Part shown: in pieces, positions 30,461-40,282 of the stretch
How the letters are laid out: each line of letters opens with the position of its first letter
Position numbering within the stretch: the first letter of the stretch is position 1
DNA from: Oligoflexia bacterium
GTDB taxonomy: Bacteria > Bdellovibrionota > UBA1018 > CAIPTA01 > JAALKR01
Reading direction: 5' to 3'
Assembly: GCA_011087955.1 (NCBI GenBank)
Contig: JAALKR010000010.1
Span: 1 to 61,418, forward strand
DNA: 61,418 bases
The notes under the pieces: generated by a model
The model's input: only the letters and a program-made list of their open reading frames with translations
Databases searched by the model: none
What the model was told of the DNA's origin: nothing
Position numbers and translations under genes: made by a program

Positions 30461-31426
30461 CTAAAACCCTGGAACGTGGAATAGCAAGTGCCGGTTGCTT
30501 CCGCGTTGGCTTCGCTTGGTTTGTTCGGCTAGGTCGTTTAGCCCCAGACCAGAAAGGATGCTGCTGCCCAGAGCGCGGCCAAACGGCTCGACTGCATCAA
30601 AAATAGATTTACGCTTCTTACGTGGATACACAAGCTCCACTTCATCCTCTTCATCAATCTTTGCTAGCGCTTTTATTTCTTTTACAGCAACAGAAAGTCC
30701 GCCTAGACGATCTGCGAGTTTATGTTTCAGTGCTTGTTCGCCAGTGTAAATTTGACCAGTCGCCAATTGTTTTGCACGCTCTAGGCCCAGCTTTCGCCCT
30801 TTTGCCACCGCACGAACAAACTGCATATGTACTCCATCAATCATTTCCTGCAAGAGGGCCTGTTCCTCCGGGTTCATCCCGCGGAAGTCGGACCCCACAT
30901 CCTTAAATTTTCCACTCTTGATGTTATAAGGCTTCACTTTTGCCCAATTATAGAGATTAGAAAGATCTGCAAATTGCATGATGACACCAATGGAGCCAGT
31001 GAGTGTGCCAGGGTTGGCGACTAAGCGGTCAGCGGCTACAGCCATATAATAGCCGCCGGAGGCTGCAACAGTCGCAAGGCTCGCCACTATGGGCTTCTTC
31101 TCTTTGTATTCGAGGATTAAGTCATGCATCTCTTGGCTGGGTGCTACGGCACCACCGGGAGAGTTAATTCGAACGATAATTCCCTCAATTCGCGTATCTT
31201 CGATAAATTTTTTCATCTGTTTACGGAATTTTTTTGAATTTTCTTCCAGAATCACGCCCGCCACTGGTACGACGCCGATGCGTCTACCCTTATGGAGCGA
31301 AGCCAATGGAGATCCGCCGTCTTTTACAATTGTCTGCAACACAATAAAAACGAACATCATGAAGATGATGAAGAAAAAACCAGAGATACCTAGAATGACT
31401 AAAAGTGGATTTCTTTTTATATTCAT
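30461..31426 (-). CDS. sppA: Signal peptide peptidase SppA (S49)
   Basis: INSPGG, AASGGYY, TGSIGV, KSGKFKD. Confidence 0.96.
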   Translation of the reverse strand: MNIKRNPLLVILGISGFFFIIFMMFVFIVLQTIVKDGGSPLASLHKGRRIGVVPVAGVILEENSKKFRKQMKKFIEDTRIEGIIVRINSPGGAVAPSQEMHDLILEYKEKKPIVASLATVAASGGYYMAVAADRLVANPGTLTGSIGVIMQFADLSNLYNWAKVKPYNIKSGKFKDVGSDFRGMNPEEQALLQEMIDGVHMQFVRAVAKGRKLGLERAKQLATGQIYTGEQALKHKLADRLGGLSVAVKEIKALAKIDEEDEVELVYPRKKRKSIFDAVEPFGRALGSSILSGLGLNDLAEQTKRSQRGSNRHLLFHVPGF

Positions 31427-31692
31427 GGGGTTGAGTTGCCTCTTTATCCTTTTCTATCTTTGTATGTGAAACCCACAGTCCATTAGAATACAAATATATG
31501 TGTCATTTCAAGCACTTAGTTTTATGCGGCGCAATGTTAGTAAAGGCTAGGAGCGCGACGAATTATTTATAATTATAAATAGTGTTAATAACTTCATAGG
31601 TAACTTAGTGAATAGAGGGCTGGGGTGGAAAAAATAACCGCGTAAAGTTATAATATACTAGGATGGAATTCAGTGGAAGGTCTTTATAGTTA

Positions 31693-31719
31693 TAAAGGTT
31701 TTGGAAAGAATTCCGACGA
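31693..31719 (+). promoter_or_regulatory. sigma28 (FliA)-like promoter upstream of flp
   Basis: TAAA-N15-TCCGACGA. Confidence 0.6.
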
Positions 31720-31756
31720 GTAAACAGATGACTAGATCGGGGCCTGGGGACAGGAA

Positions 31757-31945
31757 ATGAAACCGCAACTGCATAATAGCCTCAAAAATTTTATACGAGA
31801 AGAGTCTGGACAGACTACGACGGAGTACATCCTCATTCTCGCTGTTGTCGTGACGATGATCATGCAGTTTAAAGCCAAGTTCAAAAAGATCCTCGAAGGT
31901 CTACTTGGTAAAGTCGACGAACAAACCGATGACATCTTTGAATAG
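31757..31945 (+). CDS. flp: Flp/Fap major pilin
   Basis: 62 aa; EESG|QTTTEYILILAVVV (G|XXXXEY prepilin motif). Confidence 0.93.
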   Translation: MKPQLHNSLKNFIREESGQTTTEYILILAVVVTMIMQFKAKFKKILEGLLGKVDEQTDDIFE

Positions 31946-32029
31946 AGCCCACGTAGGCGCTATCTGCTCTGGTAGTCACGGCGCTTTGCGTCTATAATAT
32001 AGCTACAGTACACAAACTTTTTTACCCTT

Positions 32030-32329
32030 ATGGAAGAGGCGATGCTTGAGGAAGGTACACGAAAACCAGTAGCAAAAATTTGTCCAAAGCGAAGGCGTAA
32101 ACAGTCTGGACAAGCAATGATCGAGTACATACTAATCTTTGTCGTTAGCCTTGTATTTGCGCGCTATGTATTCTTTCATGAAGAATTTGGCATCAATGCC
32201 ATGTTAGATCGCATGATGATGCGTGTGGGGACCAATCTAGAGCAAAATTTAAAAACAGGAACGGCTCCAGGAGGAGTTGGCAAAGGTTCTTTAGCACCGT
32301 TTGCGGGAACGAATACTTGGAACAACTAA
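32030..32329 (+). CDS. Flp/TadE-like minor pilin
   Basis: SG|QAMIEYILIF. Confidence 0.85.
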   Translation: MEEAMLEEGTRKPVAKICPKRRRKQSGQAMIEYILIFVVSLVFARYVFFHEEFGINAMLDRMMMRVGTNLEQNLKTGTAPGGVGKGSLAPFAGTNTWNN

Positions 32330-32859
32330 AGGCCATAGCTATAGCTGTCGCAATCTTTGGAGGCGTCTATGATCTCTTCACGCAGCGTATTCCCAATTGG
32401 TGGACTTTTCCTGCTATGGGAGTTGGTTTGATTGCTAGCGCTTGGATGGGCTTTAGCGAAGGCAATGTCTTAGTTGCACTCGGGCTATCCACCCTGGGAA
32501 TTATCGTCGGATTTGTGCTCTACTTCCCCATGTATGCGCTGGGGATCATGGGCGCAGGGGATGTTAAGTTGCTGATGGCTATCGGCTCCTTTGGTGGACC
32601 TAAATTTGCCTTTTATGTCGCCCTATTCTCGATTATTGTTGGCGGAATCTATGCACTGATTGACGTAATTATGGTCGGACGATTTGTTCCTTTCATGAGA
32701 GAGTTATTTCGTTGGTTGCGTCCAGTCTTTTTCCGAGGCTATTTACGGGAAAATCCAGATATCGATAAAACGCGAAAATTTTCCTTTGGAGCATCCGTTG
32801 CTATCGCGACTGGGATTGTTATTTGGCTAGAGCATTCAGGAGGGTTGCAATGGCTTTGA
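32317..32859 (+). CDS. cpaA: Prepilin peptidase CpaA/TadV (A24)
   Basis: YDLFTQRIPN, MGAGDVKL. Confidence 0.93.
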   Translation: MEQLKAIAIAVAIFGGVYDLFTQRIPNWWTFPAMGVGLIASAWMGFSEGNVLVALGLSTLGIIVGFVLYFPMYALGIMGAGDVKLLMAIGSFGGPKFAFYVALFSIIVGGIYALIDVIMVGRFVPFMRELFRWLRPVFFRGYLRENPDIDKTRKFSFGASVAIATGIVIWLEHSGGLQWL

Positions 32860-33197
32860 TGAGATCTATGGTGATTCGAAATCGTCGACGTGAAGTTCAA
32901 TGTGGGACTCAACGCAGAGGAAGGTTGAGCTCGGAGTCTGGCCAGTCTATGGTCGAGTATATTCTGATGACCGGTGTGATCATTTTGATCGTGCTAGCGG
33001 TGTTCACATTGATGGAGAATACACAATATATCTACAAAAATCTCACGTCGCCGTTAGTGGCATTCCTCAAGTACAATTATAAATACGGTGATCAGAATGC
33101 ACTGGGTTGGGATGAAACGGGCGGCCCACGACGACATATTCAAATTTCACGACCAGCGGCAGGGGAAACCTTTCGTATCTTTATTCCACAGAATTAG
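32850..33197 (+). CDS. TadE-like pseudopilin
   Basis: SG|QSMVEYILM; start uncertain (ATGs at 32850, 32859, 32868). Confidence 0.83.
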   Translation: MALMRSMVIRNRRREVQCGTQRRGRLSSESGQSMVEYILMTGVIILIVLAVFTLMENTQYIYKNLTSPLVAFLKYNYKYGDQNALGWDETGGPRRHIQISRPAAGETFRIFIPQN

Positions 33198-33232
33198 GTT
33201 GGGCAAACGACCGATGTGCAGCGAGCAAAAAA

Positions 33233-33910
33233 ATGACTAACGCGAGACAGACAAAAACTAGAAGGAAGTTTCTGGAGGAATCTGGACAGACCTTCATGGA
33301 GTTCCTAATTGTTGTGATGGTGATTATTGCTCTGATTTTCGCATTTATTCAGATTTGCTGGGCAATGGCTTGGGGCCACTATATTCATTACTCGACTTAT
33401 ATGGCTGCGCGGGCTTACCTTTCTGGCCAACAGAATCAAGGCCAACAGATCGAGGCCGCTTCAAGCGTCCTAAGATCGATGGTGAAGCGTCCTGGTACTG
33501 ACGAGGATCTCCTGGGTAATATAGCGCCGTCTAGAGTCGGAGACGCGCGAGACATCCCTGGAGATGAGCCTGTGGCGGGCAGCTTTATCGGCACACACCC
33601 CGTAGCGGAGGGTTTTGGTCTAGACCAACGATTTTTCTCTTGGGCTGAAGGAGTTCAGTATAATTTTAAATTCAAGCTATTTATTCTTCCTCTAGCCTGG
33701 TGGTTGAAGCGGGACGAGGGGAAGATAATTGAGATTGGCCCTCAAGGCAGTAGTCAGAGTGTAGTCTGGACTGGCTTTATCGACTTAGCTTCTGATGCCT
33801 TCCTTGGTCGGGATAGTACGAACGAAGAATGCCGCACTTTTTTGTTGAGACTTTCTGGCCTAAACCCCAGGAGCGATCGCACCGATTACATATATGATAA
33901 CGGGTGTTAG
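33233..33910 (+). CDS. TadE-like pseudopilin
   Basis: SG|QTFMEFLIV, YMAAR, C-terminal DNGC. Confidence 0.87.
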   Translation: MTNARQTKTRRKFLEESGQTFMEFLIVVMVIIALIFAFIQICWAMAWGHYIHYSTYMAARAYLSGQQNQGQQIEAASSVLRSMVKRPGTDEDLLGNIAPSRVGDARDIPGDEPVAGSFIGTHPVAEGFGLDQRFFSWAEGVQYNFKFKLFILPLAWWLKRDEGKIIEIGPQGSSQSVVWTGFIDLASDAFLGRDSTNEECRTFLLRLSGLNPRSDRTDYIYDNGC

Positions 33911-33932
33911 ATGCGAGGATAACAGGTGCTAG

Positions 33933-34424
33933 ATGCATATATTTCGTAAACGAATAAAATTTATAAAGAATGAGCGAGGGCAAGCTCTCCTGGAGTTTAT
34001 TTTAATGCTGCCCATGGTTTTAGCCTTCTTCTGGTACACGCTGAAGATTAATGTGGCAATCAATAAATCGATCGTTGCGCAAAAGCACCTGCGTTCGCAG
34101 CTTTTTATGAAATTACTCAATCATCGAGATTATCCGGTTATCGATGAGTACCAACGGAACCCCTCGGACCGTTCCGCCTATTTTATGGGTGTTTCCAACG
34201 AAATTACGACGACAATAGGGTCATTTTCTCCTGCACCGACCGTTCAGTTGGGTATCGGAACGAGGCCAAAAACATTTCCAGGATCACGTGATGAGCCCGG
34301 TGAAGCCGAAGCTGGTTGGCTTCGCCAGAATGTACGTATTCGCAGTGCCTACGGTATTTGCACTTCGCGCAAGCCATTTGCCGATAACACATTGGGCTCC
34401 TTCTGTGGGGAGGTTAATCCATGA
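33933..34424 (+). CDS. TadE-like pseudopilin
   Basis: RG|QALLEFILMLP. Confidence 0.87.
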   Translation: MHIFRKRIKFIKNERGQALLEFILMLPMVLAFFWYTLKINVAINKSIVAQKHLRSQLFMKLLNHRDYPVIDEYQRNPSDRSAYFMGVSNEITTTIGSFSPAPTVQLGIGTRPKTFPGSRDEPGEAEAGWLRQNVRIRSAYGICTSRKPFADNTLGSFCGEVNP

Positions 34425-35311
34425 ATAATCGCGCGTTTACAATGTCATTTATTTTAGCAGCCTTCGCTGTCATGATGGTGCACTCCTATGTGGAGTCCAA
34501 TCTGGAGCGACAAAAGGAAAAATTTGGGCAGATGGTTACTGTCGTCGTTGCTAAAGAAAATATTAAAGAGCTAGAGACACTTGACCAAATTAATCTTCAC
34601 ATCATTGAGATGCCGAAAAAATTTGTGCAACCAGGTGCGGGCAGGAAATTAAAAGATTTCGAAGGTGGTCTTGCAATTGCGCCCATTCAAAAAGGTGAAC
34701 AAATAACTAGAACAAAAGTGACAGTGATTGGCTCGCGAACAGGATTATCACGACAAGTGACTGTTGGTCGTCGAGCGATAACGGTTCGGGTTGATGATGT
34801 GAAAGGTGTGAATCGACTGATTAAGCCTGGCGATCGAGTCGATGTAATTTCCATTATTGACTTAGGTAAAGGTGATCCATTTTTGGTTGAAGCAAAAACA
34901 GTGTTGCAAGATGTATTGGTTTTATCGACGGGTAAATTAATTACAAATACAGTGCCTGGAATTCTAGAAGCGGATCCGTATCGGAGAGGAAAACGGGCTA
35001 AGAAGGTTTCCAATTTGACGGAATATACAAGTTATAACTCCGTGACTCTCGAAGTAGACCCGATCGAAATGCAGCAATTGTTTTTGATTGAGCAACGTCT
35101 TGGTGGTGTGTATCTTGCGCTACGAAATAACGACGATAACGCGAAAGAGAATCTGGATACAGCCACAGTTCGTGAAATCCTCGGAAAGAATTCAAAGTTA
35201 GCGCGCGGCTCAGCCCGTGGCCAACAGGACGCTGCTCGAAAGCGCGCTTTAGCGAGCCCTGGTGGAGCTCGTGGTAGAGGCTTCCAGCCAACGAATCCGC
35301 GTACTCGTTAA
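34421..35311 (+). CDS. cpaB: Flp pilus assembly protein CpaB/RcpC (SAF domain)
   Basis: VVVAKENI, GRRAITV, LIKPGDRVDVI, TVLQDVLVL, VTLEV, LALRN. Confidence 0.93.
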   Translation: MNNRAFTMSFILAAFAVMMVHSYVESNLERQKEKFGQMVTVVVAKENIKELETLDQINLHIIEMPKKFVQPGAGRKLKDFEGGLAIAPIQKGEQITRTKVTVIGSRTGLSRQVTVGRRAITVRVDDVKGVNRLIKPGDRVDVISIIDLGKGDPFLVEAKTVLQDVLVLSTGKLITNTVPGILEADPYRRGKRAKKVSNLTEYTSYNSVTLEVDPIEMQQLFLIEQRLGGVYLALRNNDDNAKENLDTATVREILGKNSKLARGSARGQQDAARKRALASPGGARGRGFQPTNPRTR

Positions 35312-35411
35312 TATTTGTACCTGTTGCCGTGAAAAGGCTCACGTAGCGATGAGAAAACTAACAGCGCAAGTGGTCGAAATCACCAAAAAAATCAAAAGAG
35401 CTTAGCCGTTT

Positions 35412-37001
35412 TTGATAACGTTATATATGGGGTATTTCTCGCAAAGCCGCAATATTCAAAGCTGCACTATTTGGATCACGTTCGTGGCAGTCTTTGCCGC
35501 GTTCTTCTATGGCATGCTTGCTTCGGCACAAATTGCTCCGAAGGAAGATGATAACGACGAGGTGCGAGAAATTTCCGTTGGCTCTTTAGACACGATCGAA
35601 TTTGACTTTCAGCCGAGTAAAGTCGACCCAGTCAAAAAGGGAATTTTGCGCATTGAACGAATTGCCACGGAACTTGCAGTGCAAATCATTCCGGTTAAGA
35701 AGGGTGTGACGGACGTTGTAATCTACGACTTGCAAGGTAAGGTTCGCCGTAAGGTTAAGTATATTGTCACGGCTACGGATTTATCGCTCCAAGTTACACA
35801 AATGCGTCGCTTGCTCGATACTGTTGAAGGACTAACGATTGCTTCCGTAGGCGACAAGATTGTAATTGATGGTGAACTTGTCGTTCCCAAAGATCTTGAT
35901 CGAGTCCTACGTGTAGTAGAAGCTTTCGGTGGCTGTAAAGGGAATAATATTTGTCTCGTGCAACTTTCTAAAGTTTCCCAAAGGGCGATCGGAAAAAGAA
36001 TCCAAGACGAAATTAATCGGCAGCCTGGTTCGGTGAACGTAACGGTGCGTGTGGCAAACGATACTTTCTTTCTGGAAGGAGTGGTGGACTCAGAAGCTGA
36101 TAAAACTAGAGCCGAAGACATCGCAAAGACGTACGTGCCGGAAGTATTGGTTTCTCAATCTGTAGCTCAAGGCGTTCTGAAAGAAATCAAGAAGCAAGCG
36201 ATTCGCAATTTGATCGATGTAAATGAAACACCTCCACCGCCTCCACCGAAGACCGTTCGAGTAACCTTCCATTTTGTGGAGATCGCCAAGGAATATTTCA
36301 ACATCGCCTTCCTGAAGTGGGCACCTACGATTAGTGAGGATGCGGGTTTTAGGTTTGGTGTGACGAACACAGGCCAAGGAGGCGCTAATTCCGACGGATC
36401 CCTAGTTGCAACTATTTCAAGTTTAATTCCACGTTTACAAAAAGGCACGAATGGTGGCTATGCACGAGTGCTCTTTTCAGCTGTAGGGATTGGCCTAGAT
36501 AAGGAGCAGATTTCCATTAGTCGGCAGGATCAAGTTCCGTTTATTGCCCAAGTTGTAAATGGAGTTCCAGTTACTCAGAGCCAGCCAGTTGGTATTTCCC
36601 TAGCCGTTAAGCCTGAAATCCAAGATAACGACATAGTTTTCTTGCGCGATGTGGAGTTTAATTTTTCTGCAATTTCTGGCGCCGGTGCCGGTTCCCAGCC
36701 GGCGGTTCGTAATACGGCGATTAAGAACCAAGTCTCAGTGCGCTCCGGTGATTCCGCAGTATTAGGTGGTCTTATTTCCAATAATATGGCGCTTGATGTG
36801 GATAAGGATCCAGAGCAAGCAGGTGAAGGTGCTGGCAGTGCGATCTTTACTCTTCTACGGTCAAAAGCGTTCCGCCGGAATAAATCACAGTTTGTTGTTT
36901 TCATCACTCCGCAGATTATTTCTGATGCTTCGAAAGGCACGGAAGATATTAAGAAGAAAATTATCGGAAATAAGAAACGTAAACGGAGAATATATCGCTA
37001 G
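35412..37001 (+). CDS. cpaC: Tad secretin CpaC/RcpA with BON-like domain
   Basis: Position between cpaB and cpaF; N-terminal pilus-formation domain, BON-like FFLEGVVDS, secretin tail SAVLGGL...LLRSKAF...FVVFITP; start uncertain. Confidence 0.88.
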   Translation: MITLYMGYFSQSRNIQSCTIWITFVAVFAAFFYGMLASAQIAPKEDDNDEVREISVGSLDTIEFDFQPSKVDPVKKGILRIERIATELAVQIIPVKKGVTDVVIYDLQGKVRRKVKYIVTATDLSLQVTQMRRLLDTVEGLTIASVGDKIVIDGELVVPKDLDRVLRVVEAFGGCKGNNICLVQLSKVSQRAIGKRIQDEINRQPGSVNVTVRVANDTFFLEGVVDSEADKTRAEDIAKTYVPEVLVSQSVAQGVLKEIKKQAIRNLIDVNETPPPPPPKTVRVTFHFVEIAKEYFNIAFLKWAPTISEDAGFRFGVTNTGQGGANSDGSLVATISSLIPRLQKGTNGGYARVLFSAVGIGLDKEQISISRQDQVPFIAQVVNGVPVTQSQPVGISLAVKPEIQDNDIVFLRDVEFNFSAISGAGAGSQPAVRNTAIKNQVSVRSGDSAVLGGLISNNMALDVDKDPEQAGEGAGSAIFTLLRSKAFRRNKSQFVVFITPQIISDASKGTEDIKKKIIGNKKRKRRIYR

Positions 37002-37021
37002 GAAGCGTAGAAGGAGCTAGG

Positions 37022-39319
37022 ATGGCTGGACATATTATCGCAATAGTAGGTGGAAAGGGCGGCGTTGGAAAATCCGTTTTTTCTGCTAACCTTGCGCTTG
37101 CCTTTCTTAAAGAATTTGGCATGCGTTCCCTTCTGATTGACCAAGACATGTCCGCTTGCGGTGACCAGAATCTTATCTTTGGTATTAAGCAGGGAAGATT
37201 GTTAGTTGATGCTGTAAACCACGTAGGCCACTACGACACAAATGCAATGCAGAAGCTCGTTACTCAGCACGCAAACGGCTTGCATGTGATCTCTGCTCCG
37301 AAAACCTCTAGTGAGGCCTCTAAAATTTCTCCGGACGCCTTGGGAAAGTTCTATAAAGGTGTACGCAATCTCTATCCGATTGTTGTTGTAGATTGTGGTT
37401 CGCGCTTAGACACCTGTACTATAAAGGCAATGGAATTTGCCACGAGTATCTTTGTTGTGACTATTCCAGATATTCTCGTTATGCACCAGACGATGCGTAT
37501 GGTTCAAGATATTAACGAGAATATGTTCCCAAAAGAGATTATTCAAGTGGTGGTGAATCGTTTTTCTGGCAATGCAGCTGTAAATTCATCGACGATTCAA
37601 AGAAATTTAGGGTGCCCAATTTTGGGAGTAATCCCGGATGACCCGCAGGCAAATAATACGGCTCTTTCTCAAGGTAACCCAGTGTTAGTTTCTGTGCCGA
37701 ATGCTTCTTCGACTAGAGGTTATCACGAGTTGGTACGGAAAATTCAGCAGCAGAATCTATTGACAAAGTTAGCTCAGGTGAAAAAGCCAAGGAGGCTTGG
37801 AAAGAAAGCAGCCACTGAAGTTAATGCGGCAATTGCAGAAAAAAGTGTGCCTACAGAAAAATCTAGTCTCCGTGGAGGCTCTACCGATGTGATTGATACA
37901 CGCTCCGCCTTAAAACTTCGTGTACACAAAGAACTCGTTGAACGGGTTGACTTTAAGAAAGAAGGTTCTTCAGAGGCAGAAAAGGCTCGACTACGTGAGA
38001 AATGCAAATCAACCGTTGTTGACGTTTTAAATGGGGAAGATATCTCAGTCGTTGCTAAAGGTAGGGAAGAAATGCAGCGCTTGGTGAAGGAAATTCTTGA
38101 CGAGGCATTGGGGCTTGGTGCGCTCGAAGACCTACTTGCGGACAGAGCAGTGAACGAGATCATGGTGATTGCGCGAGATCGAATTTATTGTGAACGAGCT
38201 GGTAAAAATTTTCTCTCCAAAACCACCTTTTCATCTGATCAACAGCTGATGAACGTGATTGAGCGGATTGTGATGCCTTTAGGTCGAAGAATCGATGAGA
38301 AGTCTCCTCATGTGGATGCTCGTCTTCCCGATGGCTCTCGAGTGCATGCCATCATTCCTCCACTTGCGATCAAGGGGCCGACGCTTACCATTCGGAAATT
38401 TCCATCGGAACGCTTGACGTGGAAGCATTTAGTGGGGTTTGGGTCAATGACCACAGAGATTGCAGATTTTTTGCGAGTCTGTGTAGAGGCGCGACTCAAT
38501 ATTATCGTAGCCGGGGGTACTGGTTCTGGTAAGACAACCTTGTTGAACGTTTTATCTAACTTTATTCCGACAGGCGAACGGATTATCACCGTAGAGGATG
38601 CGGCAGAGCTGGATTTGGGACAGGATCACGTGGTCCGCCTTGAAACTCGTCCAGCCAATATTGAAGGCGAAGGAGAAGTTTCGATTCGTGAGTTAGTGAA
38701 GCAAACATTGCGAATGAAACCGGATCGAGTGATCGTAGGTGAGTGTCGTGCCGGTGAAGCGCTCGATATGTTACAGGCGATGAACACTGGTCACGATGGT
38801 TCCCTAACAACAGTCCATGCCAATACTCCGAGAGATACGATTGCCCGACTAGAAACTCTTGTAATGATGGCAGGGATGGGGTTGCCAGTTAAGGCAATTC
38901 GGGAGCAAATTTCTGGCGCAGTAAACTTGATTGTACAGCAGTCGCGACTTTCCGATGGTTCCCGTAAAATCACTCATATTACCGAAGTTGTTGGGATGCA
39001 GGGAGAGACAGTAGCTTTGCAGGATGTATTTATTCATGAGCAATCCGGATTAGATAAGCGGCGAAAGATTATTGGTAAGTTCGTACCTACTGGCTTTATT
39101 CCAAAATTTGTGGAGCAAATGGAAGCCAAAGGCTTGAAAATTCCACGTTCATTATTTTCTAATACTCCAGAGCAGAACAAGGAGGGGAAACCAAAACCAG
39201 GTGCTAAGCCAGTCGTCAAATCGGATGCAAGACGAGGAATTAAGCCAGGTGCTAAGCCCGACTCCAAGCCTCGTGCCGCTGGTAGCGGTACACCACCAGC
39301 GAAAGCAGGAGGCATGTAG
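37022..39319 (+). CDS. tadA: CpaE/TadZ (MinD-like)-CpaF/TadA ATPase fusion
   Basis: N-terminal GGKGGVGKS deviant Walker A; C-terminal GGTGSGKTT, VEDAAEL, RMKPDRVIVGECR, MNTGHDGS. Confidence 0.95.
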   Translation: MAGHIIAIVGGKGGVGKSVFSANLALAFLKEFGMRSLLIDQDMSACGDQNLIFGIKQGRLLVDAVNHVGHYDTNAMQKLVTQHANGLHVISAPKTSSEASKISPDALGKFYKGVRNLYPIVVVDCGSRLDTCTIKAMEFATSIFVVTIPDILVMHQTMRMVQDINENMFPKEIIQVVVNRFSGNAAVNSSTIQRNLGCPILGVIPDDPQANNTALSQGNPVLVSVPNASSTRGYHELVRKIQQQNLLTKLAQVKKPRRLGKKAATEVNAAIAEKSVPTEKSSLRGGSTDVIDTRSALKLRVHKELVERVDFKKEGSSEAEKARLREKCKSTVVDVLNGEDISVVAKGREEMQRLVKEILDEALGLGALEDLLADRAVNEIMVIARDRIYCERAGKNFLSKTTFSSDQQLMNVIERIVMPLGRRIDEKSPHVDARLPDGSRVHAIIPPLAIKGPTLTIRKFPSERLTWKHLVGFGSMTTEIADFLRVCVEARLNIIVAGGTGSGKTTLLNVLSNFIPTGERIITVEDAAELDLGQDHVVRLETRPANIEGEGEVSIRELVKQTLRMKPDRVIVGECRAGEALDMLQAMNTGHDGSLTTVHANTPRDTIARLETLVMMAGMGLPVKAIREQISGAVNLIVQQSRLSDGSRKITHITEVVGMQGETVALQDVFIHEQSGLDKRRKIIGKFVPTGFIPKFVEQMEAKGLKIPRSLFSNTPEQNKEGKPKPGAKPVVKSDARRGIKPGAKPDSKPRAAGSGTPPAKAGGM

Positions 39320-39322
39320 GTT

Positions 39323-40201
39323 ATGTTAAGCGATTTAATGGAGCCGATAACACTAGCTATAATCGTCGGGATTATTGTTTTTGTAGTTTCTTATATGCAC
39401 GCTCGTCGTTTTCTAGATTGGCTACGCTGGAAATCGATTGGCGCAAGAGATGACATTGTAGAGACATTGGAAAAAATGTTTATCGAGATCTCTCCCAATA
39501 AAGTTCTTCTCTATATGACTCTCTCAGCGATTGTTCCAGGCATTTTAGTGTTCTTACTAATTTTGCCACAATTCATTCCAGCACTTTGCTTTGGATTGGT
39601 GATTGCTATCTTTGGCTGGCATATTCCAAAGATAGTTGTCCGGAGAATGTTTGCGCAGCGAATGAATAGATTCAATCTACAAATGATTGATGGCTTGAGC
39701 TTGATGGCCAACGGTATGAAGTCCGGCCTATCCATTATTCAGGCTATGGGTCTTGTAAAGGAGGAGATGCCAGACCCATTGTCGAAAGAGTTTGATTATG
39801 TTTTACAACAGAACCGTCTTGGGGTGAGCGTGGAAGAGGCTTTCCAAAATCTTGCTAAGCGCATTCCTTCCGAAGATGTAAATATGTTTGTCACCTCTAT
39901 CATCATCCTCAAAGAAACAGGTGGAAATCTGGCCGAGACATTCGAGACAATTGTGCACGTTATTCGAGAGCGTTTAAAGGTGCAGCAGAAGATTGCTGCC
40001 ATGGTTGCCCAAGGTGTCGCTCAGGGGGTGATTGTATTCTGTATGCCTTTTGGCTTAGGTTTGATGTTCTACCTAAGTGACCCCAAGTTTATTGAGCCTC
40101 TTTTTTCGACTCCCCTGGGATGGCTGATATCAGCCGGTATTCTCACACTCCAATTTGTAGGCGGATTTGTGATTCTAAAAATTGTACAAATTAAAGTGTA
40201 G
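39323..40201 (+). CDS. tadB: Tad inner-membrane platform protein TadB (T2SSF family)
   Basis: MANGMKSGLS, PLSKEF, ETGGNLAE, IRER. Confidence 0.93.
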   Translation: MLSDLMEPITLAIIVGIIVFVVSYMHARRFLDWLRWKSIGARDDIVETLEKMFIEISPNKVLLYMTLSAIVPGILVFLLILPQFIPALCFGLVIAIFGWHIPKIVVRRMFAQRMNRFNLQMIDGLSLMANGMKSGLSIIQAMGLVKEEMPDPLSKEFDYVLQQNRLGVSVEEAFQNLAKRIPSEDVNMFVTSIIILKETGGNLAETFETIVHVIRERLKVQQKIAAMVAQGVAQGVIVFCMPFGLGLMFYLSDPKFIEPLFSTPLGWLISAGILTLQFVGGFVILKIVQIKV

Positions 40202-40237
40202 AAGTGGTAGGAGCGCAGGGATTTTTTTGCTTATCAT

Positions 40238-40264
40238 TAAGCACCCTATTTGGGATGCCGAAAA
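40238..40264 (+). promoter_or_regulatory. sigma28 (FliA)-like promoter upstream of the YD-repeat gene
   Basis: TAAG-N15-GCCGAAAA. Confidence 0.7.
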
Positions 40265-40282
40265 GCATATGTGAGGTTAGAA

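Noticed and set aside
33196-33232. GGCAAAC-containing intergenic segment as a c-di-GMP riboswitch
   Set aside because: Too short, and lacks the GNRA/receptor P2-P3 architecture
40250-40282. Upstream TTG start for the YD-repeat gene given in the ORF track
   Set aside because: Overlaps the sigma28-like promoter; ATG 40283 has a GAGG RBS and yields a sensible signal peptide
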